Source: Mobula birostris | Lineage: Eukaryota | Assembly (NCBI RefSeq): GCF_030028105.1 | Contig: NC_092396.1 | Span: forward strand, 23,499,738 to 23,563,737 | Length of the DNA: 64,000 nucleotides | Direction: 5' to 3' | Part shown: positions 52,046-64,000 of the stretch, one piece after another | How the letters are laid out: the number at the start of each line of letters is the position of its first letter | Position numbering within the stretch: the stretch's first letter is position 1 | Notes under the pieces: model-generated | Told to the model about the DNA's origin: nothing | Seen by the model: only the letters and a program-made list of their open reading frames with translations | Databases searched by the model: none | Position numbers and translations under genes: made by a program

Positions 52046-52409
52046 CTATGATATTGTGCTGTGATATTCAAAAAATATCAAAGACAGTTTTAATGAGAAG
52101 TTAGTTACTTTTGCACTCTGAGGATATATTACTGCAGGAAAATAGAGCTTTCTATTTCGGACTTCAGACACATCAACATAAAGCTCTTGATCTTCTGAAC
52201 AGCTGTCTCTTTTTATGTAAAAAGGTTCCTGTTGTCCATCTCTGGTGAAGAGTTGTAATTTTAAGTTGCCTCTTTTCTAAAAGATGGGACAATGCATGAA
52301 GAGTTTCCTTAAAGCAAAAGGAAATAGGGAAAGTGTGTTGGATGGCAAGTAAGACTGAAATGCAGAGTGCTAAGACCTTCACTCCCAACTATCCTGCTGG
52401 TGAATGTGC

Positions 52410-54200
52410 AGTGTCTGGAAAACAAAATGGAAGACCTCTGAGCAAGATTGCAGTACTGGAGGGACAGCAGCAACTGCTGTGTTCTTTGCTTCATGGAAAC
52501 CTGGCTCACCCCTACCTAGGACACAGACTGCAGCCTGAGGATTTCACCATCCACCGCAAAGACAGGACAGTGGAGTCTTCAAAGATAAAGGGAGCAGCTT
52601 CATGATTAACCAATCATGGCGCACAGATGAGGCGGTTCTGTCTCAGTCCTGCTCACCTGACCTGAAACATCAGGTGGTCAAGTATCGTCCATTTTATCTG
52701 CCGTGGGAGTTTTCCACCGTCATTCTGGTCGTGTTGTGCATTATACTCCTGGCCAACGTCAGGCAGGCACCGGATCTGCTGAGCACCATGATCATCAGTC
52801 AAAAAATAGCGCACCCTGATGCCTTCCTGATCATTGTAGGTGATTTATAACCACAGCAGCTCGAAGTCTCTGACCAACTACCACCAATATGTCACCTGTG
52901 GAACCAGAAGAGCCAACGCACTTGACCACTGTTACACTATCATCAAGAGCACTTATGGTGTCATGCCACGTGTGCACTTTGGCACGTCCAATCACTTGGC
53001 TGTTCTTCTACTCTCGGTGTACGGGCAGAGACTGAGGACTACAGCACCGGTGGTAAGGACCATGAAGGTATGGTCAGGGGAGGTGAGGCAGAAGAGTGCT
53101 TATAGGACTGTTTTGAATGGGTGGAGTGGATAATATTCAGGGATTCCTCTTTGAATCCGAGTGAATATGCCACAGTTGTCACTGATGTAATCAAGATATG
53201 TGTACTGCACATAGCCAAAGCAAAAGCCGTGGATGAATCAGGAAATTTGCAGACTGTTGAGTTCCAGATCTGTGGCATTCAAGAACGGTGATACAGAACT
53301 ATACAAGAAATCCAGGTAGAACCTACGGAAGGCTATTTTAAGAGCAAAAATCAATTCCAGTTGAAGTTGGAGATGGAATCAGATGAACATCAGCTCTGAC
53401 AGGGTTTTCAAGCCATTACTTCCTACAAGGCGAAACCTAACATTGTGAGTGGCTGTGATGCTTCACTCCCAGAGGAGCTCAACACCTTTTATGCACACTT
53501 TGAAAGAGAATAAAACTGCTCCTGAGTGACCCTGTGATCTCTGTCTCAGAGGCTGATGTTAGAACATCTTTGAAGAGGGTGAACTCTTGCAAGCGTCAGT
53601 CCCCAATAGTGTACTTGGTCAGGCACTGAAAACTTGTGCTAACCAACTGGCGGGTGTGTTCAAGGACACCTTCAATTTCTCAATTGGTAGTTCCCACCTG
53701 TGTCAAAAGGCCAAAGATCATATATCAGTGCTCAAGAAGAGCAGGGTAAGCTGCCTCAACAACTGTCGCCCAGTTGCATTCACATCTGCTGTAATGGAAG
53801 TGCTTTGAAAGGTTAATCATGGCCAGGATCAACTCCTGCCTAAGCAAGGACCTGGACCTGCTGCAATTTGCCTATGGCCACAATAGGTCTAAAGTGGATG
53901 CTATTTCACTGGTTCTTCACTAGGCCTTGGACCACCTGGACAATAGCAATACCTATGTCAGGCTGCTGCAAATTGATAACAGTTCAATGATCAACACAGT
54001 CGTACCATCAGTACTAATCGACCAGCTCCAAAATGTGGGCCTCTGTACCTCCCTCTGCAACTAGATACTTGACTTCCTCACCAGGAGACCACAGTCAGTG
54101 TGAATTGGAAATAACAACTCCTCGCTGACAATCAACCCTGGTCACCTCAAGGATGCACAATTAGCCCAGTGCTCTTCTCACTCTACACCCATGACCATGT
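52410..54200 (+). mobile_element. Rex1/Babar-type LINE (APE and RT) fragment
   Basis: HPDAFLIIVGD, LDHCYT, HFGTSNHLAV, LKTCANQLAGVFKDTFN motifs. Confidence 0.85.
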
Positions 54201-54210
54201 TCAAACACTC

Positions 54211-54233
54211 AGAGAGAGAGAGAGAGAGAGAGA
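54211..54233. repeat. (AG)n microsatellite
   Basis: Visible run at the junction of two LINEs. Confidence 0.85.
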
Positions 54234-54239
54234 AAAAAA

Positions 54240-56390
54240 AAAGTCAACAACACAACTGATGGTTGAGGGGTAATAACTGTTCCTGAACCTAGTGGTATGA
54301 GTCCTGATGCTCCTATACCACCTTCCTGATGCCAGCAGCACGAAGAGAGCATGTCCTTGGTAGAGGGGGTCCCTATTGATGGATGCTGCTTTCCTGCAAC
54401 TGTGTTTCATGTAGATGTGCTCAATGGTGGGGAGGGCTTTATCTGTGATGGACTGAGCCTTATCCAATAATTTTCAGAGGGTTTTCCATTCAAGGGCATG
54501 TTTCTATACCAGGCTGTGATGCAACCAGTCAATATACTCTCCACCACACATCTATAGAAGTTTGTCAAAGTTTTAGATGTCATGCTGAATCTTCACAAAC
54601 TCCTAAGGAAGTAGAGGCACTGCCGTGCTTTCTTCATAATTGCAGTTACATGCTGGGCCCAGGACAGGTCCTCTGAAATAATAACACCAAGGAATTTAAA
54701 GTTGCTGATGCTGTCCACTTCTGATCCTCTGATGACAGCTGTTTTGTGGACCTCTGCTTTCCTTCTCCTGCAGTCAATAATCAGCTCCTTGGTCTTGCTG
54801 ACATTGAGTAAGAAAGAGGTGGTTGTTATGGCGCTGATCAGCTGGATTTTTTAATCATCCTATATGCTGATTCTTCACCACCCTACAACAGTGGTATCAT
54901 CACTGCTGGCCTTGACTATCGCATTGGAGCTGTGCCTAGACACTCAGTCAGAAGTGTAAAGCAAGTAGAGCAGTGGGCTAAGCACACAGCCTTGTGGTGC
55001 TGATGGAGATAGCAGAGGAGATGTTGTTGCTGATCTGAAGTGATGGGGGTCTGCAAGTGAGGAAATTGATCCAATTGCACAAGGAGGTATTGAGGCCAAG
55101 GTCTTGAAGCTTGTTGATTAGTTTTGAGGGGATGTTGGTATTGAATGCTGAGCTGTAATTGAGAAAGGTCCTCTTGATGTATACATCTTTGCTGTCTATA
55201 TGTTCTAGGGTTAAGTGAAGAGCCGATGAGATGTTGCCTGCTGTGGACTGTTGCTCTGGTAGGCAAATTGGAGCAGCAGATCCAAGTCACTTCTCAGGCA
55301 GGAGTTGATATGTTTCATCAGCAACCTCTCAAAACACTTCATCACTGTGAATGTTAGTGCTACTGGATGATAGTCATTGAGGCGGGTAACTATGTTCTTG
55401 GGCACTGCTATAATTGAAGCTTGCTTTAAGCAGGTAGGTGCGAAAGCAAGAAGTTAAAGATCTCAATGAACATTCCATCCAACTGACCAGCATGGGTTTT
55501 TGCCAGGTACCCCATCTGGGCTGGATGGTTTCCCCTCCTGAAGGCTGCTCACGCGTTGGCCTCAGGAACTGAAATCACAGGATCATCAAGGACTGAGTGA
55601 GTTTGCGATGGTTCCTCCATGTTTTATGGATCATAGAGATCATAGAAGGCATTGAGCTCATCTGAATGCAAAGCTCTGTTGTCGCCCATGTTGCTTGATT
55701 TAACCTTATAAGACGTGATAATATTTGAGCCCTGCCACAACGGTCAAGAATCCTTTGTTGAGTCAGGTTTAGTTGCCACTTCACCTGTGAGAAGGTTTTC
55801 GGGTGATCATACCTAGATCAGTTGTAACTTTCTTGGTCAGCAGATTTGAATGCCTCTGATCTGGCTCTCAGCAGATTTTGGATCTCATGGTTCATCCGAG
55901 GCTTCTGGTTGGGGAAGATTCTGAATGATTTTGTGGGGACACACTTGTCTGCAACTGTTTTAATAAAGTCCGAGACAGCCATGGTGTATTCATTCAGATC
56001 TACAGATGAGCCTTTGAACGTGGCTTAGCCACCGACTCGAAACAATCCATAGATGTTCCTCTTCCTCCTGCGACCACCTCTTTATTGTCCTAACCTCTGG
56101 AACTTTGCTCCTTAGCCTCTGCCTGTATGCAGGTAGAAGGACAGCCAGGTGATTAGATTTACGAAATGTTGTCTGGGCATGGAACGGTAGGCATTCCTTA
56201 TTTTAGTATGACAGTGGTTTAGTGTGTGCAACCTTTGGTGCTACAGGTTTGGTCTGCTGGTTAGAAGCCTGGTTGAAGTCTATGATTTGAAGTTTGTCAG
56301 GATGGCCTCTCTCTTGTTTGGAGACTGCGCCATGAAGTATCTGAAGTGCTTGATTATAGTGGAGCGCTGGTGGTATGTAAACTGTGGTCA
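54240..56390 (-). mobile_element. Rex1/Babar-type LINE, opposite orientation
   Basis: LNDYHPVALT..VMKCFERL, TTRFRNSYYPST motifs. Confidence 0.85.
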
Positions 56391-56825
56391 GCAAAGTCTC
56401 GAGCAAATTGTCTACAGATGTACCGTGGAGAGCATGCTAACTGGAGGGGCTGCTGCACAGGGTTGGAGAAAGCTGTGCCATGGACACTAGCCTCCTCAGC
56501 ATTGAGGCCTCCTTCAAAAGGCAGTACTTCAGAAAAGCAGCATCCATCATTAACAACTTCCATCACCCAGGGCATGTCTTCATCTTGTTTCTACCATCAA
56601 TGAGGAGGTACAGTCGCATGAAGACCCACTCAACGTTTTAGGAACAGCTTCTTCTTCTCCTCCATTCAGATTTCTGAATGGACAATGAATCCATGTACAC
56701 TACCTCACTTTTTGCTCTTTTATTTGCAGTAATTTAATAAGTTATTTTTGTAATTTATTATGTGTTGCACTGCTGCTGCAAAACAAACTTCACGACTTAT
56801 ACCGGTGATATTAAATCTAATTTTG
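56390..56825 (+). mobile_element. Rex1-type LINE 3' fragment
   Basis: YRCTVESMLTG; 3' UTR like that at 2707-3099. Confidence 0.65.
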
Positions 56826-56934
56826 AGGTAATGGTTTGCTGCCTGTCTGAGCCAGTCATGTACTTTATACCTTTGATATTCTTGCCACACATTCAGTTTG
56901 AGAATTGCACAGTAATTAATTCAGAGCTTATTGA

Positions 56935-57093
<159 letters not shown>

Positions 57094-57420
57094 TAAATTT
57101 CACTGTGGCAAAAGACTTTCAAGAATCAAAATTCATTTCTGGTATTGTTAGGACACTCCATTCAGCCTTTTCCTGTTTATCTTGAAGCTCATCTGCCATA
57201 AATTTGCCCCCAAACCCCTTCTGGTCTTGCACTCTTATCTTCTACTGCAGTCCTACAGCCATCTTAGATATCTAAGCCTCCTTAATTCAGGTTGCGAAAG
57301 GAATTGGTCTCTTCCTGGGCACTAACTTCTGATATCTTCCCCAAAATAGACATGCTGTCAACCTTTCTTCCTTTAAGAAATCCTTGTAACGAAGCTTCTC
57401 GCCATTTGTGGTAATATCAC

Positions 57421-58077
57421 CTCAGGTAATTTGGTTTCACTTTTTGATATCACTCCATTGAGGCACCTCAGGATAGTTCCCTTCATCCTGTTGTCACGTG
57501 TATTTTTGTTGTGATGTGTGCTAGGGCAGCAGTCTTTACTGATCACACCACCAAGAAATGCCCAGAGCAGATGTTGATGTAGATGTTTCTGTTCCTGGTC
57601 AAAGGCTGAATACAGTTTGTTCTGATTAGTATTTATTTTCTGTGATTGAACAACATCTTTGCTGTAGAGAAAGATGCACTCTTCTGGACTTTTTGGTTAT
57701 TCCTCTACCTTCATTTCTGTGCTTTTGTCTGTAGTCTCTCCCACCAATCATATGCAGTGAAAGGTGTGGTGTGTAAATAGTTCAGGTACGTATGGTGGAA
57801 TGAAGGTAGAGGAGTAACCAAAATGAATCCAAGAGGGGTGTATCTTTTCTCTACACCAAAGAAGTGGTCCAACCACAAAATAAATAGGACACACGTGAGT
57901 TCAGCCTTTGACCAGAAACAGAAACATCCGTTCTGGCCATTTCTTGGTGGTGTGATTAGTAAAGACTGCTGCCCTAGCACACGTGACAACAAAAACAAAC
58001 GTGACAGCAGGCTGAAGGGAACTATCCTGAGGCGCTTTAATGGAGTGATAGCAAAAAGTGATACTAAATTACCTGAG
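57421..58077. repeat. Long imperfect inverted repeat (about 290-bp arms, about 80-nt loop) in DDOST intron 10
   Basis: For example gtgctagggcagcagtctttact and agtaaagactgctgccctagcac are exact reverse complements. Confidence 0.9.
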
Positions 58078-58582
58078 ATTAATACCTCAAATGGGGAGAT
58101 TCATCTTTGCATGCATTTCTTACCTTTTCATTGTGTGAATGGCAAGAAAAGTAAAAGTTAGTCAATTTCCTCTCAGGGATATATTTTTGCATTTATTTTA
58201 AAAAGCTGAAACATGCAACTCATTCAACCAGTTGCAATTGTTGTCGTGTTAGAAGAGTGTAAGTACTTAGCTTTTCATTCTTTTCTTTACTTCACAGATT
58301 ACTTCCTACTTAATCTGATCACAAAACTGGTTTTTGAGGATCTCTTTGAAAGATATCCAAATGTTGCCCTACTCGATTGAAACTTGGCCAAGTGACAATA
58401 AATAAAATTCTTTGTAGGGAAGGTTCATATTGATTTGAGATTACCGATACTAAAATAGAATTAAAAAAATCTAGTTGAGTTGGCTCATTTTCACCCCCAC
58501 AAACCCTGCCTCTGTAAAGTTGCTAACACAATAGTAGCTGTGTTACTGTGAATCTCACCAAATCTGTTTCTTTTTGTTCAAG

Positions 58583-58732
58583 GTATCTGTTCGTCCTCTT
58601 CAGCACACACAGTACGAACGTTTCATTCCCTCTGCCTATCCATACTACGCCAGCACCTTCTCCATGATGGTTGGCCTCTTCTTGTTCTCGGTGGTCTTCT
58701 TGCACATGAGAGAGAAAGAGAAGGCGGAGTGA
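58583..58732 (+). CDS. DDOST: DDOST exon 11 ([24 protein letters not shown] helix, KEKAE*)
   Basis: caag acceptor; conserved motif; TGA stop. Confidence 0.97.
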   Translation, partial: VSVRPLQHTQYERFIPSAYPYYASTFSMMVGLFLFSVVFLHMREKEKAE

Positions 58733-59358
58733 GGGATTGGAGAGCGTTCTCTATTCTGGGTATCTCCAGTGCTGAGAGCTTTAAGTTGGTTTAAATTGGT
58801 GAGGGATGATTGCAAATTCTAGCCTTTCTGGAGCTTATGCCACCTCAGGAGCAACTAAACTACAAATCCCATTTATTGTGATCCCTCCGTTGATCAGAGG
58901 TTACCATGTGCTGCAGATTGCAGAAAGTGGGTGTATCAATTTGAGTGTTGATTTCTTTTGCACTGTAGAATAAATAACTTGGTTTTTGAAAAAAAAACTG
59001 CCAGAAGTGTCGGTGTCATTTTCCATTAAGAGACTAAAACCCTTGGTTAAAAATAATGGAGGAAATTGAAGAACTTCTGTTTCTTCAGCAGTTGCATTCA
59101 AAGTTCCAGAAACACAAGAACAACAAAAACTGCGAAGTTTTCTGACAGGCGAACTCCAGTTCAATTGGAAGATCTGAGTTAATATAACCACTTGCGGTCT
59201 CTTTGGCGGGATCATATCATTTAGCAAAAGAGATTAAAATAAGTGAGCGAAATTTTATTTTCAGATCAAATTATGTTTTTTAAGAAAAATTCTCCCCAGC
59301 ACTTAATTCTTGCACCTACATTGATGTAACTTCTCGATTTATGTTTCTTATCATTGGA

Positions 59359-59364
59359 AATAAA
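59359..59364 (+). terminator. DDOST polyadenylation signal (AATAAA); proximal alternative at 58969-58974
   Basis: AATAAA followed by a T/GT-rich downstream element. Confidence 0.55.
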
Positions 59365-60059
59365 GTGAAACATTCCATTGATTAATGTTTTTGATTCTTT
59401 TAACATTAAAGCTATAGTTAGGTTCATGTGTAAATCTAGTTTTACACTCTGGTTAGGGATCTGAGTCTTTCTTATTCATTGCTAAATGTGGAATTGATGG
59501 GTGATGGTATTTGTTTTCATTTGTATTGTTCTTACTGTATATCTTTGAAGTATACTGTATATCCAAAGACAGAAGAATTATAGGTACGTTTAAGCAAACA
59601 CCATGAAAGACACTAAGACAGTGGATTACTGGCGGACAGCAGGGGAGGTGCATAGCCATAGCTGGAGTGAGGACTGGGCCTCAATCCTTGGTGTCCGCTG
59701 TTTACGACCACCCAGGAGAAAGGCTGTGTGGTGCGGCATCCAAGCTGGGGTCAGTTAATGTTTGCTCAGCGGAGGACAAGCCGTATTGTTTGACGACAGA
59801 CTGCTGCAACATTCATGGCCTTGGGGATTTGGACTATTATTTTGTGTGTGTGACTGTATTTTACTGCTACCTTATATGCGCTGTGTATGACAGTTTCTTT
59901 TGGCTGTATTCATGTATGGTTGAATGACAATCGAACTTGAACTAAAAACCCAATAAATTTTGAGAATGGTCCAAGTTGAAGCCAATTGCGGGAACTTTAG
60001 AATGCTTAAAAAAAACCGTAGGTTTATTTGTGGCGTGGTAGGCTACTTTAATCACCATT

Positions 60060-60430
60060 ATCAGGCCGTATAAATATCGAATTACAGGGAAACCCCGCAA
60101 AGTGTGTTTGGGATGTGATTATCCAATGAGGCACGTTTCCGTCCTGTACCTCACCATGATGGCGTGTCATTGTGACATTGAGTGTATGTCGTAAGCGCCA
60201 GTTTGCGGCGGTGTGGAGTTTTTCCGACCGTTTTGCGACAGTCACGCAAACTGCGGCGGCGCGGTCAGACAGCGCGGTGTTGGAGTGTGCTGGGGATCTG
60301 GGAAGGTGCGATCCAAGCCTCGTTTTCTGGCCGAGTTTCGGTTTCAGGCCTCGGCTGTCGGTTCGGTGCTGGGCCTCGCTGCGGAGAGCGGATCGGGCGC
60401 CGAGTCTCGGTGCTGCTGCCGGCTGTCGCC
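60060..60430 (+). promoter_or_regulatory. DDI2 CpG-island promoter/5'UTR
   Basis: High CpG density; CCAAT near 60123. Confidence 0.6.
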
Positions 60431-60568
60431 ATGTTACTCACCGTATACTGTGTGCGGCGCGACCTGAGTGAGATCACCTTCACCCTGCAGGTGGACGGCA
60501 GCCTGGAGCTGGAGACCTTCCGGGCGCTCTGTGAAATGGAGAGTAACGTTCCCGCTGCCGAGAGCCAG
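60431..60568 (+). CDS. DDI2: DDI2 exon 1 (UBL domain N-terminus, [21 protein letters not shown]...PAAESQ); no further exon recognised in the window
   Basis: GTCGCCATG Kozak; 46 codons; gtgag donor; N-terminus recognisable as vertebrate DDI2; CpG island; intron-containing, unlike intronless mammalian DDI1. Confidence 0.92.
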
Positions 60569-63500
60569 GTGAGAGCAGGAGAGGCCTTCACAAACTGGAA
60601 GACCCAGGCAATCCCATATCCTGTTTGCCACACCCGGTTACTTATCCCGTTGAAGAGTCCCGGCCCGAAAGACTGAATGTTTATTCCTGACCGGCTGAGT
60701 TCCTCCAGTTTTTAATGGGTTGGTCTGGATTTCCAGCATCTGCAGAATCTCCTTGTGCTAATGATTTGCGGCTATATATCCTTTCTGACACCCTACTGAA
60801 CGATGTCTGTGATTACACCCGCCCTGACCTCATAAACACATAGCTCCAACTCTGTAAAGAACGATATCTATAAGCAAATGAATATATATCGGTAGCGATA
60901 ACACAAATTGGACCCGTCTAAGTATCTGGACACAGTTATGTAATAGAGTTGCGGAGCTATAAACTCCGATTCTGCTTTAGTTTCAAATGATGTGTCCGTT
61001 TTGACCCGCAGGGTGTATCTTGGCGCCCACTGCTGTGTAAATACTAATACACTTCCGCTATATAGTAATTGTATTTAATACAACTGAGTTACTTAAAACC
61101 ATTTTATGGGACATCTTGGTATACGCATATGAGTGCAGAGGAGTGTGTGTTGATAGATAAACTCTATGTAGTAGTTGTAAGTACATCTACATTCACGAAT
61201 ACATATCCAGAAACCCAGATACACTGTACACAGCAGTGCTATATATACAACAGGTTTGCTATTTCTGGCTGTAATATTGGCAACATTACTCTTGCAGCCG
61301 CCACACGCTCCCTGCAGCAACATCCAATAGCAATCAGCTACAGACTGAGATACCACTGCACCTGTTTCTGCACATCCTGCATGGTGCATTTTGAAACAAC
61401 AAAATGAAAGAAAACCATTCTGACTCTTAAATGACCTGAGGTTTCACTGACTAATATAGCCTGCATGTGAAATAAGAGCAGGTAGTATAGCCTGTTTGGT
61501 AAGATCTTGGCTAATTTGAACCTTGGCCTCAGCTCTACTTCGTCACCGTAATCCCCGATTCCCTTTTCCACCAAAAATCTTATCTTGAATACAGTAAATG
61601 ACCTGGTCTCCAAATTCCCCCGGAGTAGAAAATTCCAAAGAACCACAGTTTTCAAAGGGAAGAAATTCCCCTGTTATATCATTTATTAAATTATTTAATA
61701 ACACATAAAAAAGGAAATTATTTATTTGAAACTGTGCCCCCTACTGGTGGATTCTCCCACAAGCAGAAACATAGTTTCAACATCATCTCTTAAATCATTA
61801 CACATTTCCACCTTTTATGACGGGGACGTAAGGTTAGACTTTGAAAGGTGGGGGGGGGGCGGAGGTGAACACTTGTTAATTGATGTTGATCCAACTGGAA
61901 GAGATGTAAGTAGAAGGGGGACTGGGGTGGTGGGATTGGTCAAGGGCCAGTTAGATCCAAATTGGAATGGCTGTTCTAGTTTAACGTTCCAGTTTAATCT
62001 AAAATTGCTGAATTCCATATTATGTCCTGATTGCTATAACTTTCCCATAGGTTTATTTCAGTAAGATCAGCTGTCATTCTAAATGAAGCATAACTACTGG
62101 AATATTTCTTTGGAAGATACCCATCTCATCTCAGGAATCAACCTTAACTGAATTGTCACTGTTCCACATATATTCCTTCTTAATCAGTAGTCCAAAACTG
62201 CACAGTAAACTACAGCATTATCAGCATCTCGTATTAAGCAGGAGCTCAGTCCTCTTTCATTAAAGGTCAACATCGTGTTTGTCTTCCTAATTACTAGTTT
62301 ATCGAACTCTAAATTTATGTTTTATGAACAAGGACACCCAGAGTGCTTCTACAGCCAGTGTTCTGTAGTTTCTATTTAAACGATACTCTGCTTTTCTAAC
62401 TTTAAAGTGAATACCTCATGTTTTCCTACTTTACATGACATCTGCCAGGTTTTTTGCCCACTCATTCAGCCAAACTATTTAGTTTTGCAGAGACAATGTA
62501 TTCTCACAACCCTTAAGGAGTAGATGCAGGATTGATGTTTATTCTGGCAGGGGTGTTCAGATAACAAACAACGGGAGTCATTTGCACTTTGGAAGTAGAT
62601 TAGATTCAACTTTATTGTCATTTTGCTTACAGATACAAAGCCAATGAAGTGCGTTTAGCATCTGACCAGAAATGCGAAGAATAGTGTTTTTATAAAATAA
62701 CTATGAATAAAAAAAGTGCTACAGCACACAAATATAAAAGTACTGAGACAGTACAATACGAATGCAATACCACTTAGCGCTGTGATGAGAGGTTCAGCAG
62801 TGTCACTTGAACCTTAACTGAAGCATCTGCAAAACATAAATTAGATCAGGAGTCCAGAATGCTACACAGTGCTCTGTGCATGACATGGTCTTGTCAACAT
62901 CCAGTACAACTTGCATTGAGGGGTTAGGGGGTTAGTGGAGGAACAGGATACTGGATTAAAACTTCACCTATAATCTCATCGAATGTAGACAGGCTGAGGA
63001 CCTGAATAACCTGTTATTTCTTGTCCTTATATTTTATCACATTGTCAGCAAATTTAGTTATGGTACACTGAACCCATTCATCTCCATTATTAATATGTGT
63101 GGTAAATAGTTGAAGTTTCACTGAATCATGTGACACCACCTTAATTACATATTTTTCTAATGAAAATGATCCATTAATCTGGACTATTTTCTATTATTTA
63201 GCTAATCCTTTCTTCATGCTAATATATTGTATATCCCCAATAACATGCCCACTTCGAGTTATGAATACTCTTTTCCTCAGTACTTTCTTGGCTGATACCA
63301 TTCCTCGTGTGTGTCCTAGCCCTATTATCCCTCACAAATGCACATTTATCAGGATTCCATTTGTCATTTCTCTTCTCATCTTAACAACTTAGATTTTGGG
63401 GATTTATTTCTCTTTGAAGCCTCTATGATATCCGGTTCTAATGTGGTAAAATTTAGTAAATTATACATATAACTGCGGGAGATTCTTTAGTGTGCATAGC

Positions 63501-63629
63501 GAATTCCTGAAACTTAGCATATTCCAAATTAAAACACAGGTTAAAATAAATTGTTGACTTAAGAATTAGAATGCCTAGTTAAAAAGTTTCATCAGGGTAA
63601 TGCCATTCTACACTTTATAGTGCAGTTTT

Positions 63630-64000
63630 CATAGAACATTGCACATAGAAATCTACAGCACATTACAGGCCCTTCGGCCCACAAAGTTGTGCCGACCATG
63701 CAACCTACTCTAGAAACTGTCTAGAATTTCCCTAGTGCATAGCCCTCTATTTTTCTAAGCTCCATGTATCTAAGAGACTCTTAAAAGACCCCATTGTATC
63801 CGCTTCCACTACTGCCACTGACAGTGCGTTCCACGCACTCACCACTCTCTGTGTGGAAAAACTTACCCCTGACATCCCCTCGGTACCTATTTCCAAGCAC
63901 TTTAAAACTATACCCCCTCATGTTAGCCATTTCAGCCCTGGGAAAAAGCCTCTGGGTATCCACATGATCAATGCCCCTCATCATTTTATATGCCTCCACC
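63630..64000 (-). mobile_element. CR1 LINE 3' end (truncated by the window edge)
   Basis: YKMMRGIDHVD..RLFP...RGYSFKVLG; same subfamily as 24975-26299. Confidence 0.85.

Noticed and set aside
60182-60430. Upstream extension of DDI2 in ORF 60182..60676
   Set aside because: Non-ATG start in a GC-rich 5'UTR; homology begins at MLLTVY (60431) and ends at the splice donor (60568).
60839-60960. Short inverted repeat atagctccaactct / agagttgcggagctat in DDI2 intron 1
   Set aside because: Only about 14 bp of match with no clear TSD or extended arms.
60569-64000. DDI2 exon 2
   Set aside because: No open exon resembling the UBL continuation with proper splice sites was recognised; probably lies beyond the window.

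Overview
Vertebrate genomic DNA, probably from a cartilaginous fish such as a ray or shark (inferred only from the CR1/Rex1/Penelope/V-SINE repeat mix). I reconstructed three intron-containing genes by hand from GT-AG junctions and codon phase: a complete caspase-9 (CASP9, minus strand, 9 coding exons, 31812->12773, 412 aa), a complete DDOST/OST48 (plus strand, 11 coding exons, 36927-58732, 447 aa) divergent from CASP9, and the first coding exon of DDI2 (60431-60568). Nearly all other supplied ORFs are fragments of decayed transposons: CR1 and Rex1/L2-type LINEs, Penelope-like elements, tRNA-SINEs, Tigger and hAT DNA elements. The most striking unexplained structure is a family of Penelope-derived inserts carrying a minimal type I hammerhead-ribozyme motif (AGTC-CTGAnGA-stem-GAAAC-GTC-GACT). 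Several are very short or fold-back insertions flanked by 10-14 bp target-site duplications, including a 98-bp ribozyme-plus-tail mini-element. Other points: a YY1-like tandem array at the CASP9 5' end, an ERSE-like element upstream of DDOST, large intronic and intergenic hairpins, a longer L4 loop in caspase-9, and a CASP9-DDOST-DDI2 gene order that differs from human.
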